The notes beneath the pieces are model-generated. The model searched no databases. It was not told the DNA's origin and was given only the letters and a program-made list of their open reading frames with translations. Below, piece after piece: positions 9,644-19,409 of a stretch of DNA of 64,000 nt (within the stretch, counting starts at the first letter, position 1; every line of letters begins with the position of its first letter). Source of the stretch: Pelagomonas calceolata. Lineage: Eukaryota. The stretch lies in the NCBI GenBank assembly GCA_918797485.1, contig CAKKNE010000002.1, positions 6,076,001-6,140,000 of the forward strand. The letters run 5' to 3'. A program made the translations under genes and the position numbers.

Positions 9644-11428
9644 TCACGAGGGCTCGGGCCACTCCTCGCCCCCAAGCGGTGACGCCGGCGGCGGCGCCGG
9701 CGGCGCCGGCCACGACTCCCCGCCCAGATCGAGCACGGGCTGCTCTCCGGAGTCGTCGCCGTCCGCGAGCACGTCCAGCGCGCAGCTCAGCGTCGTCAGC
9801 GCGTAGCCCTCGGCGCCCAGTAACACGTCGTCGCGCGCGAAGGCGTCGACGTACGCGAGCTCGGCGCGGAGGTGCGGGACCTTGGCCTCGGCGACGCACG
9901 CGACGGCCCGCGGCAGCAAGACGTCCGCCGTCACGAGCGGCCCCTCGTCGCTGTCGCCCAGCGCCTCCAGGCAGAAGACCAGGGCCCGCAGCTTCGCGTG
10001 CGCGTCCCGGCCCGCGCCGATCTTCGCGAGCGCCGCGGCGCCCCGCCGCACGGACCGCGCCGCGCCCTCGCCGGCGCCGCCGCGCGCCGCCAGGACCCGC
10101 TCCAGCGTCGCGTCCGCGTCCCGGTTCCGCCGCACGAGCGCCGTGAACGCGTGAATATAGGTCGCCTCCGCGACCAACGCGTCGGTGGCCGCGACGATCG
10201 GCGCGCCGTCATCGTCCGCGACGGCGAAACGCAGGGCCTCCACGTCGATGGCCGTCTCGCGCGCCCAGAACCTGGCGTCGGCGACGGCGTCGCCCCGCGC
10301 GTCCGCGCGCCGAACTTTATACAAATCATCGAGCGCCGCCCACACCTTCGCCGTCGCGGGGTCGGCTTCCAGCGCAAAGTTCGCAAAGGCCCGCGCCTGC
10401 GCGTCGAGGCCCGCGACGTCGCGCAGCGTGGCGGCGGCCCGCTCCGCGGCGCGCGCGGGCGGCCACGGCGCCTCGGCGTGCGCCGCGCGCGCGGCGGCCG
10501 CCGCCGCGGCGAACGGCTCGGCCGTCGCGCCGCCGACGGTCCGCGCCGCGCGGTTGACCGCCGCCGCGCGCGCGCCGCGGCCGCCGGCGGCCGTCGCGGC
10601 GGCGTGGATGCCGAGCGCCCCGCCGACGACGGCGCCCGTCGCCGCCGGCGACCCGAGGACGAGGCCCGCGCCCACGATCTGCGCCGCCTTGGCGCCGAGC
10701 GCCGCGCCCGCGGGGCCGGCGACGGCGCCGCCGACGACGGCGCCCGCCGCCATGCCGCCGACGGCGGCCTTGGCGACGCGGAGCCGCAGCTCACTGCCCG
10801 CGTCCGACTCCTCGCGGAAGCGCCGCGCCGCCGCCCGGAGGCGCGCGAAGGCCGCCGTGTCCGGCGTCGCCGACGGCGGCAGGGGCGTCGGCGCCGGCGC
10901 CGGCGCGGGCTCCGGCGGCAGCGCGTCGTCGGGGTCCCAGCGCGGCCGGCGCGGCGCCTCCAAGCCCGAGAGCGACAGGCGCGCCGCGGCCTCGCGCAGC
11001 CGCGCGACCGGCGCCGGCGCCGGCGCCGGCGCGGCGGCGGGCGGTTTCGTGTCCGCGGCGCGCGTTGCCGACCGCCAGAGCCGGTCCAGGGGCTGCTTCA
11101 CGGCGACGTTGAGCACGGCCGCCGGCGACGACGTCGCGTCGAGGCGGCCCGACGGCGGCTCGGCCGGCGGGATGTGCGAGCCGTCCGACGTGCACTTGAG
11201 CGACGCGTCGGTCTTGCACTTCTCCGAGAGCGCGTAGAGGCAGCGCCGGTGCGCCGCGACGCCGCAGAGCAGGCAGCGGTGGTCGCGCAGCGCGACGATG
11301 CGCTGGCCGCAGCCGTGGCAGACGGCGCCCGCGACCGTGTGCGACGGCGCGAAGCTGTGCCGGCTGATCGGGTGGCGGATCAGGGGGTCCATCAGGAGGG
11401 CCAGCGTCTCCTCGGGGGTGGGGGCCAT
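9644..11428 (-). CDS. C1 (PKC-type zinc finger) + VPS9 domain protein
   Basis: HSF...CHGC...CLLCGVAAHRRC...C at the N-terminus; AKL..LV..LE...TADVLLP....V..A.VPHL.AELAYV..F...GAEGYALTTL at the C-terminus. Confidence 0.8.
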   Translation of the reverse strand: MAPTPEETLALLMDPLIRHPISRHSFAPSHTVAGAVCHGCGQRIVALRDHRCLLCGVAAHRRCLYALSEKCKTDASLKCTSDGSHIPPAEPPSGRLDATSSPAAVLNVAVKQPLDRLWRSATRAADTKPPAAAPAPAPAPVARLREAAARLSLSGLEAPRRPRWDPDDALPPEPAPAPAPTPLPPSATPDTAAFARLRAAARRFREESDAGSELRLRVAKAAVGGMAAGAVVGGAVAGPAGAALGAKAAQIVGAGLVLGSPAATGAVVGGALGIHAAATAAGGRGARAAAVNRAARTVGGATAEPFAAAAAAARAAHAEAPWPPARAAERAAATLRDVAGLDAQARAFANFALEADPATAKVWAALDDLYKVRRADARGDAVADARFWARETAIDVEALRFAVADDDGAPIVAATDALVAEATYIHAFTALVRRNRDADATLERVLAARGGAGEGAARSVRRGAAALAKIGAGRDAHAKLRALVFCLEALGDSDEGPLVTADVLLPRAVACVAEAKVPHLRAELAYVDAFARDDVLLGAEGYALTTLSCALDVLADGDDSGEQPVLDLGGESWPAPPAPPPASPLGGEEWPEPS

Positions 11429-11891
11429 CGGTGCTCCACGCCTGCCGCGGAGGGGCTGTGGCCTGCTCTCTGGTGGCTGCTCTTGTTGCTGGCGCAGCGA
11501 TCGCAGTGATGAAAGCTTCGACGAAGCGACCCTTTGCCGATCACTTGCGCCGCGAGACCGCTTTGCCGCGCTATGCGCGAAAAAAAAGTCCGGAGATGCC
11601 AAGCTGTGTTTCGGGTTTTTCGGGTTTTGTCGAACTCCTTCAGAATGGTCTGAGATGCCGTCGTATCATTCGAATTGCCGCCTGACGCGTCCCATCCAGA
11701 CACCGGGCCTGGATTTACGCGACAGCCACCGGACGACGTGGGTGATAGCAGACATTGGTGATCAAAGGCCTCCCAGGTGGACTGCAGTACCGAGGCAGCC
11801 CCTCCGAAATCAGGCGCAGACGCTGTCGCGGAGGCAGCATTCAGCGAACCAGGACCCACATCCACCCCTGCCTGCTAGGCAGCCTGCCATC

Positions 11892-12821
11892 ATGCAGGCG
11901 GCCGCGAAGAACCTGAGCAGCAAACCGGCGACGACAGGCTCGCGCGCGCAGCACCACATGAGCATCTTCGACCTGAACGGTGATGGGAAAGTCGACGCCG
12001 AGGACTTTCGGATAGCGGCCGAGCGCGCGCACCTGGCCGGCAAGGAGATGTCGACGTTCTGGTATAGGGCGCCCATCGCGAACCTGGTCTACGGCCTCCT
12101 GGACGGCGACCGGCCGCCGTCCCAAGAGAATCTGAAGGCCGTGCTGAACGGCTACGCCCTCGTGGACGCGTTGCTCCTGACGATCGTCATGTCCATGCCC
12201 ATGTCCATGACCTTCGAGGAGATCGAGCTCGCGCGGCTGCGGTTCGACGGCGTCGTGCGCTTCGAGTTCACGGACGAAATCGATTATGACCGGCGCTACA
12301 ACGACTGGGAGGGAGTCACGGGGAAGAGCATGGTCGTGGGCTACGCGCGCTGGACGGTGGCGGCGGCCATGTTGCTGGCGCTCTCGCTCTTCGCGGTCTT
12401 CATGGTGCTCGGGCTCTGCGACCTCGTCTTGAGCGAGGTGCACCACCTGCACCGCGTGAACCGCGCGTGGTGGCGCTGGATGCGCTACGTGCTCGTCACC
12501 ATCATCATCTTCACGATGCTCGGCAGTGTCGCATCGATTTACGCGTTCTCCTACACGATATACTTCAAGTGGCCCGATTATTATGTAGAGGCCCACGGCC
12601 GGCCGAACACGTGGAGCCCCTACGGCTTCGGGAACTGCTTCGTCTACGTGGCCATCCTGCCGCTCTTCATTGTTGTATGTTTATTATCCGCGGCCACACG
12701 ATCCGCCTTCGACGCGATGCAGGGCGACGTCGACGGGGACGGGAAGGTCGACGAGCGGGACAAGGCGCTGGCGGCGTCCGGGTACGACGACGCGACCGCA
12801 AAGGTCGCGCCGGAGAAGTAA
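11892..12821 (+). CDS. Membrane protein (about 4 TM) with EF-hand-like loops at both termini
   Basis: FDLNGDGKVDAEDF at the N-terminus, DVDGDGKVDERD at the C-terminus, hydrophobic segments between. Start codon uncertain. Confidence 0.7.
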   Translation: MQAAAKNLSSKPATTGSRAQHHMSIFDLNGDGKVDAEDFRIAAERAHLAGKEMSTFWYRAPIANLVYGLLDGDRPPSQENLKAVLNGYALVDALLLTIVMSMPMSMTFEEIELARLRFDGVVRFEFTDEIDYDRRYNDWEGVTGKSMVVGYARWTVAAAMLLALSLFAVFMVLGLCDLVLSEVHHLHRVNRAWWRWMRYVLVTIIIFTMLGSVASIYAFSYTIYFKWPDYYVEAHGRPNTWSPYGFGNCFVYVAILPLFIVVCLLSAATRSAFDAMQGDVDGDGKVDERDKALAASGYDDATAKVAPEK

Positions 12822-13156
12822 CTATGGTGTATATTATGAGCCCGTGGCCAGCTTGACGGACGCCATCGCCTTATCCCGTCGACCGTGACTCGGACACGTA
12901 CTCGGACGGGACTCCCGAGGATCATGATCATATGTTGCTACGCGGCGGGCCCTCAAAAGCCGGCGACAGCGAGGGGGAGCAGGACTCGGCTATGTTGCTT
13001 TGCTTAGAGCTAGGCCGCCTAGCCACCAAGCCGAAGCGGTCCGCCCCTGGACCTCATACGCCGTCGCTCCGCGCGTGAGCTCGGAGGCGACAGATGCTAA
13101 ACTAGAACACGCGTGGACTTGGGTCTTCTTATACGTCTTGCTTGCGCACGCAAAAA

Positions 13157-13594
13157 CTAGTCGTAGCCCTTGATGTACGTGTACGGCGGGTCCTCAACGC
13201 CGAGGTAGCCCGCCCACTCGGGGAACTCGTGGCGCAGGAACTCCGTGAACTCCTCGATCTCGCCGTAGACGCGGCTCCGCTCCATGACTTCGCCCCGCGG
13301 CGAGATTTCTTTCTCCCACTCGCCCAGCGTGAAGCTGACGCACCGCGACAGCACGCCGATGTTCCGCGAATACATCCACGCGTCCGCCGCCTCGATCGCG
13401 TCGTACAGTTCCGGCGGCGTGAAGCCGCCCTCCCTATATAAGACGGGGATGTGCGGCCGCGGCCGCGGCGTCGGCATCTGGCAGCCTCTGAGATCAATCG
13501 AGATGAAGTCGCCCGTGACAAAAAGCTGGATGCGGTCCATCTTGAACTTGTCGCCCGCGCCGCCGCCGGCGCCGAAGCGCTGCGTCTTGTTCAT
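13157..13594 (-). CDS. Hypothetical protein (145 aa)
   Basis: ATG-initiated ORF with normal amino-acid composition and high GC3; no recognised motif. Confidence 0.55.
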   Translation of the reverse strand: MNKTQRFGAGGGAGDKFKMDRIQLFVTGDFISIDLRGCQMPTPRPRPHIPVLYREGGFTPPELYDAIEAADAWMYSRNIGVLSRCVSFTLGEWEKEISPRGEVMERSRVYGEIEEFTEFLRHEFPEWAGYLGVEDPPYTYIKGYD

Positions 13595-14095
13595 GGTTTG
13601 TTATCTAGGCTCGTCTCCGGCTGCCCCGCCGCTGCCCTCGGCGCTGTTACGCAGAGCCTGTGGCGTTGCAAGCAGGTAGGGGGTCGTGTGGCGTCCCGGC
13701 GGCTTGCGACCACCCGGCGACGGCGTGCGAGCGGTGCGGAGCACTGGTGGCGGTATTGGTGTCGTTTACGGTCCTGCCTGGCCTTTTCTCGTCCTCCCCC
13801 CTGCGTCTCGCGGCGACTCCGTGCCTGCCCACTCTTCTTCGAGTGTGATTATACGTCTCTGAGGCGGCGGAGCGAGGCGTCGGCTGCGGGCGCCAATGCA
13901 CGCGTTTTTAGCTGTGGCGGCTGTCTAATCTTCCTCCGTCGTGTGCTCGCCGGCTGCTCAGCTTTGATTGAGAAGAAAGCCGCGAGGAATCAGCTCAGTC
14001 CTCCTTCTGCTGGATATCATACGTTGCTGCAAAAATTAGCTGCAAACAAGCGAGAAATACATGAAACTGGGCTGAGGCTCCCTGTTATTCAAATC

Positions 14096-15451
14096 ATGAG
14101 GGGTCTCGCGCTGGCGCTCGTCGTCCACGGAGCTCACCCGCTGCGCCTGCCGAGCCGGCGGGCCTTCGCGCGCGCTGCCGCCGCGACCGTCGCCGCGCCG
14201 GTCGCCGCGCGCGCCCAAGCGCCGCCGCTGGAGCAGCCAGCAAAACCGCCGATCGACCCGTCGATGCTCGACGTCGCCGTGCAGCTCGGCGACCTCCGCC
14301 TCTCGCGGCCGTACGAGGTGCGGTCGCAGATGCTGGTCCCGACCTGTGTGGAAATGGCGCGTTCGTGCCGAATCGTCGCGTCGTCCTCCACGCCATCGAC
14401 GCGACGCCTGCTCGATGGCGTAGTGATGCCGGATCCTCACCGCTCGAAGAACCCGACGAACTGGTTGATTTCCACACAGGTCCCGACGCCGCCGCAGACG
14501 GTGGTTGGAAGGCTGGTGGACGCAGGAACGGTGTGGCTTGGCGAAGATCGCGACCTCACGTCGGACGCGCAGATCTCGGCGGGCATCGTGGCCGCGCTGG
14601 CGCTGGCCAAAAACGCGCAGGCGCCGTCCGAGCGGAACAAGGGCGCGCCGCTGGCCGTCGGTCTGGAGGCGGTGCGCGCCGAGTACCAGCCGACCCTCGA
14701 CGACTTCGTCATGGGCAAGCTGAATCCGAAGCAGGAGGCGACGCAGGCGCTGAAGGGGCCGCTCGACTGGGACCGGCACTGGCCCTACCCCATCGAGCGC
14801 TACGCGCCCGTCTTCGAGGTCTGCCGGGCGCTCGGTCTGCCGTTGGTGGCGCTCGGGACGAATGCGAAGGACCTGAAGACGGTCGAGGCGTCGGGCCTCG
14901 CGGGCTTGGACGACAAGGCCTGGGCGCGCCTGTCGCTGCCGGAAGGTCCCGACGCGCTCGCGGACCGCGTGAAAATCGGGACGACCTACGCGTCCTACGC
15001 GCGCGAGGTGCTCCAGCCCGACTACGAGCGCTTCGTCTCCACGACCGCGGCGCCCTTCTTCGAGGCCGGCGACGCCGGCCCCAACGCGCGGCAGAATTTT
15101 TTTTGTGCGCGCCTCGTCACCGACGCGTCGATGGCGGCGCGCGCGGCGGCCTGGGTCGACGAGTCGCCGCGGCGCGACGCGACGATCGTCGCGCTCGTCG
15201 GCGCGGAGCGCGTCGCGTACGAGGGCGGGGCGGCGTCGCTCTGCGCCGCGCGCACGGGCCGCAGCGCGACGCGGCTCCTCATGAACCCGCCGTCGGCGAC
15301 GCTCGAGCGCGCGGTCGGCGCCGAGGGGCCGCCGTCGTACGTGCCCGTCGCGACGACGAGCTCGCTGCGGGGCATGCTGCCCGCGGCGCCGCCGCGGCCG
15401 CTGGCGGACTACGTCTGGTTCAGCGCGTACCGCGGCGAGAACTTCATCTGA
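14096..15451 (+). CDS. ChaN/DUF399-like (Tiki superfamily) protein, probable thylakoid lumen target; 2 exons (14096-14335, 14480-15451)
   Basis: Signal peptide then SRRAFA twin-Arg; VWLGE, LAVGLEAV...YQPTLDDF, W.YP..RY.PVF, LPLVAL. Confidence 0.72.
   Translation: MRGLALALVVHGAHPLRLPSRRAFARAAAATVAAPVAARAQAPPLEQPAKPPIDPSMLDVAVQLGDLRLSRPYEVRSQMLVPTCVEMARSCRIVASSSTPSTRRLLDGVVMPDPHRSKNPTNWLISTQVPTPPQTVVGRLVDAGTVWLGEDRDLTSDAQISAGIVAALALAKNAQAPSERNKGAPLAVGLEAVRAEYQPTLDDFVMGKLNPKQEATQALKGPLDWDRHWPYPIERYAPVFEVCRALGLPLVALGTNAKDLKTVEASGLAGLDDKAWARLSLPEGPDALADRVKIGTTYASYAREVLQPDYERFVSTTAAPFFEAGDAGPNARQNFFCARLVTDASMAARAAAWVDESPRRDATIVALVGAERVAYEGGAASLCAARTGRSATRLLMNPPSATLERAVGAEGPPSYVPVATTSSLRGMLPAAPPRPLADYVWFSAYRGENFI
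14344..14479 (+). mobile_element. Introner element IE5 (internally deleted, opposite orientation relative to host gene); intron 14336..14479
   Basis: TIR CTGTGTGGAAAT...ATTTCCACACAG; perfect TSD GTCCCGAC (14336-14343 / 14480-14487); the 144-nt intron is in frame and stop-free. Confidence 0.92.
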
Positions 15452-15940
15452 CGACGAATATACCGGATATACGCACCCCCCTCCGCCCCGAAGTCGACCG
15501 CTGATGTAATCCCTTGCTTTGTTCCTTACTAGTTTTTAAGGGTACGGGCAGCCCCCAAAATTGGCCCGGACGTACCTCAGCCACACATCTTCGGGCTCCC
15601 ACCCTTAGTTTCCCCGCAGCATACCGTACGCGCGCGCAGGAGGGTGGTCTCAAAACATGTTGTCCGGAGAGGGAGTCTGGTGCACTCTAAAGACAGACGA
15701 CTCAAGACGAAAGACCGGTTGAGTGGAGTCCCTAGTCCTTGTAATGCGTTATTAGCTAGTTATAACCCACTAGATTTTGATGTTTTGTTTTTTTTGGCAA
15801 AGTTGCCGTAGTGTGACGCGACGTCACTCGAGCGATCAGGCGTTGCCTCGTTTATTTATTTACGCGACGGACACGCGTCACCCTGGCATCGCCGACGCCG
15901 GCGACAGTAAAAGTGGCAAAATAATATTGTTTGCACCTAG

Positions 15941-16327
15941 CTCTGGGAGCGCGTGTGTTTGCTGGTGTCGGAGCCGCGGCTGCGGAGATCGGATAGAGCG
16001 TGGTACTCGTTGGAGTTCCCCGTCATCGCGCGCTTCACGCGGTTGCAGTTCGCGCTGGCTGTGGTGATTTTCTTCGTCACCGAGGTCCCGGTCATAGGCA
16101 TGACCTTCCCGCTCTTCATCGCCGCGCTGGTGTTCGTGCGCACGAAGTACCTGCCGAAGAAGTACGACGCGCGCACGCTCGAGTTGATCGACCCCTTGAT
16201 CGACCTGGCGCCGATCGACAAGACGCCGTCGACCGCGGACCTGCTCGAGGAAGGCTCGCCGCCGTCGAGCCCCGCGCCCCAGGTGGTGTCGAGTCCCGTC
16301 GTCCGGAACCGAGGCGGGTCCGCGTGA
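15941..16327 (+). pseudogene. Isolated C-terminal fragment of an SLC4/BOR (HCO3-/borate) transporter
   Basis: LWERVCLL..P...FTRLQF...IGMTFPLFIAALVFVRTKYLPK.Y....LELID; preceded by acceptor-like TTGCACCTAG; under 500 bp separates it from the previous gene. Confidence 0.6.
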
Positions 16328-16396
16328 GAGACCGCGACGCGTGTGTATATTATGCTTCTCGATTTCTCCCTTGTCGTCTCCCGTTCCTAGGGATAC

Positions 16397-16417
16397 CTAG
16401 TGTCTTACACCGCTAGC
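16397..16417. promoter_or_regulatory. Conserved upstream motif
   Basis: CTAGTGTCTTACACCGCTAGC, about 200 bp upstream of the Pus3-like ATG. Confidence 0.55.
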
Positions 16418-16617
16418 TGGCTTTGAGAGCGGCTCTCCCAACTTGACCAAAAAGAGAAGAACGCTGCGCTCAAATCACGACAAGTGACGACACAATTCAT
16501 ATAAAAAAGCTTGCAGGCCACCGGAGTTCGCGCCGCGAGGTGCCAGAGCCAGCAAGAACTGCAGCCTGCACTGCACCTCAGCCTCAGCGTCGCCGGTCAC
16601 AGCGACAAGCGCAAAAA

Positions 16618-18128
16618 ATGGACGCCGGCCCGCAGCAGCACCAAGCCATGGACGTCGACGCCGCCGACGCCCAGGCCCTGGCCAAGCAACTGAGGGCCCT
16701 CGACGCGAAGGAGCTGCTCGCCGTCGCGCTCGACGCCCTCAAGCGGGACGCGGCGCCGCTCGCCGCGGCGCTCGCCGCGCGCGAGTCGAAGCGGCCCAAG
16801 AAGCGGCGGCGCAAGGCCCAGAAGCCCATGGACCTGACGAAGTATGAGGCGCGCGACGTGGCGCTCTGGATCGCCTACGACGGCGGCGCCTACCGGGGCT
16901 TCGCGGCCCAGGAGAAGGCCGAGGTCGACGTCGATACCGTGGAGCGGCAGCTCTTCCAGGCGCTGGAGAAGACGTGCCTCGTGAGCGGCCGCGACGCGTG
17001 CGCCTACTCGCGCTGCGGGCGCACGGACAAGGGCGTCTCCGCCGCGGGGCAGGTCGTCGGGCTGCGCCTGCGGTCCGTCGCGCGCCGCGGGACGGCCTTC
17101 GAGCCCGCGACGCACCCGGGCGACGCGCTGGCGAACACGGAGCGGCGCGACGCGGAGACGGACGAAGTCGTCCCGAACACGCAGAAGCGCGAGCTCGACT
17201 ACGTGGGCATGCTCAACCGCGTGCTGCCCGACGACGTGCGCGCGCTCGCCTGGGCGCCGGTCGCCGAGGGCTTCTCGGCGCGCTTTTCCTGCGCGTCGCG
17301 CACGTACCGGTATTGGCTCGCGCGGGAGAACGCCCACGGCCGGCCGCGCGACGTCGAGGCGATGCGGCGCGCGGCGTCCAAGTTCGTGGGGGACCACGAC
17401 TTCCGCAACTTCTGCAAGATGGACGCGCGGCCGCGGCGTCTTGACCCGCTCCATGCGCCGTCGCCGCGACTCGGTCGTCTCGAACGCAGGTCGTGCACGT
17501 GAGCAACTTCCGGCGCGAGATCTACGCCGCCCGCGTCGAGGCGGCCGGGCCCGGGCTCCTGCGCTTCGAGGTCCACGGCCAGGCCTTCCTCTGGCACATG
17601 GTGCGCTGCCTCGTCGCCATCATCGAGCTGGTGGGCGACGGCCTCGAGGCGCCGGACGTCGTCGACGCGCTGCTCGACGTCGCGCGGTCGCCGCGGCGGC
17701 CCCAGTACGCTTTAGCCGACGAGGCGCCTCTGGTGTTACACGACTGCGCCTTCGACACGGTGCGGCCGGTGCCGACGCCCGAGGCCCTGCTGCAGCTCCA
17801 CGAGCACCTGACGCGCGAGCGGCACGCCGCGCGCGTGGCGCTTGCGCGCACGGAGAACCTGCTCGAGAAGCTCGACGGGTTCGGCGTGCGGGCCGCGGGC
17901 GCCGAGGTGCCGTGGGCCCGGGCGCGGCCGCCGCTGCTCGCCGCCGCGGACGAGCGGGCGCGCGCGGCGCACCGGCCGCTGCTCGCGCGCGAGGGCGGCA
18001 AGACCTACGAGGAGAAGGTCGCGGCCGCGCGCGAGAACCCGACGAAGCGCTCGAAGTTCGAGGCCTGCGCGTCGAAGCGGTCGGAGAACCGCGGGGGGTT
18101 CCACGCGGAGAAGCGGCGGTGTGGCTGA
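16618..18128 (+). CDS. tRNA pseudouridine synthase, TruA family (Pus3/Deg1-like); 2 exons (16618-17424, 17490-18128), GC-AG intron
   Basis: IAYDG..Y.GFA.Q, YSRCGRTDKGVSA.GQV, FSARFSC..RTYRY, HDFRNFCKMD|VVHVSNFRR, GQAFLWHMVRC. Confidence 0.9.
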
Positions 18129-18211
18129 CGACTGTTTTTTCTTGGCGTAAGTGTTTGTGTGCAATCGACAATCTACATGTTACAGCGGGAACGGGTGATG
18201 GGTGGGCGCGC

Positions 18212-19183
18212 CTAGTACGTGTCCGGGTAGAAGAGGTAGCCCGCCGTGTTGAGCTCTTGCGCAACCATGCCAGCGATGCCGAGCATTGCGAGGCGGCCCA
18301 CAATAAGCTCCTCGCCGCGGAGGTCGCCCTTGGCCGCGAAGCCGAGGGGGTCGAAGCCGATGTCGCCCGCGACGCCGCGGTTCTCGTTGAACGCGTAGTA
18401 GCGGCCCTCCTCAGCGGTGCCCTTCATGTCCGAGATGTACGACGCCGACTCGATGAGGCCGATCGCGCCGACGACAATGGGCCAGAACGTCTGGAGGGGC
18501 GTGGCCTGGAAGGCAATCAACGAGGGCTCGTTGATTGACCCGCCCCAGAGCGGATGGAAGACCTCGGCGACCGGGTAACCGAGCGCCGCGAGCATGGCGA
18601 CGCGGGCGTGCTTGATTTCCGCCTCCTGCACCCAGTTCACCAGATCGGGGAACTTCTGCTGAGAGAACGGCTTGCCGAAGGAGTAGGCGAGGCCCTTCTC
18701 GGCGGCCCAGCCGTAGGCGCCCGGCATATCCTTGAAGGGCGAGACGTACGTCTGGGCGGACGTCTTCGTGTTGCCGAAGCTGAAGCCGGCGGCCGGCGCG
18801 GCGAGGGCGAGGATGAGAGCCTGCGAGGAAACGGACGGGTAAGAGCTGTGTTCGCGCGCGGCGATGTTCGCGCGCGTCGATGTTCGCGCGCGGCGATGCC
18901 ATGTTGCAGCCACCCGCGTGCGTGTCGGTCACCGCGCCAGTGGCCCACGCGGCGTTTTTGTGGCCGAGACGAGCTGCAGACGTTGCGCAAAGGTGCTGCA
19001 CACATGCGCGACCCATGTCGCAGCGTGTAACCGCCACGAACACGATTCATGCGCAAGGTTGTGGCATGAGCAGTGTGCGCGGCGCGGTTTTTGCAGCGCT
19101 CGTTGCGCGAGTGGCCTCGGGATGCAAGCAGGAGCGCCGGGAGTGGTGAATATGGACGCGGCGGGCCGCACGGAGGTCTGCAT
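18212..19183 (-). CDS. Light-harvesting complex (fucoxanthin-chlorophyll, LHCX/LI818-like) protein; exons 19183-19172 and 18820-18212
   Basis: EAEIKHARVAMLA, FHPLWGG, GDIGFDPLG, EL..GRLAMLG..G; the spliced N-terminus MQTS|ALILALAAPAAGF is a bipartite plastid signal; GTGCGG...GCAG intron. Confidence 0.88.
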
Positions 19184-19409
19184 GATGGCTGTGAGGTGTT
19201 TTCCGTATGGGTTGGGCAGTGACTTCCGAGGCTGAGCTGGGACTTGAGGCTGATTCGGGTTTTGTGCGTGGCAGAAAAAAACGTTCCTGGGGCGTTGTAT
19301 AGACGTCTATGACGCCTCAACAGCTCCTGAAGCCAATGCCGTTGCGTGAAGCGGATTTGTCCCTTCGTTGGCATTATGCGGTATGGACCAGGACCACTTG
19401 AAACTAAGA

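Noticed and set aside
13451..14095. N-terminal extension of the 666-aa ORF
   Set aside because: It spans a divergent promoter and overlaps the opposite-strand gene; the signal peptide starts at ATG 14096. Extensions of ORFs 11298, 26513, 50832 and 7752..9620 were trimmed for similar reasons.
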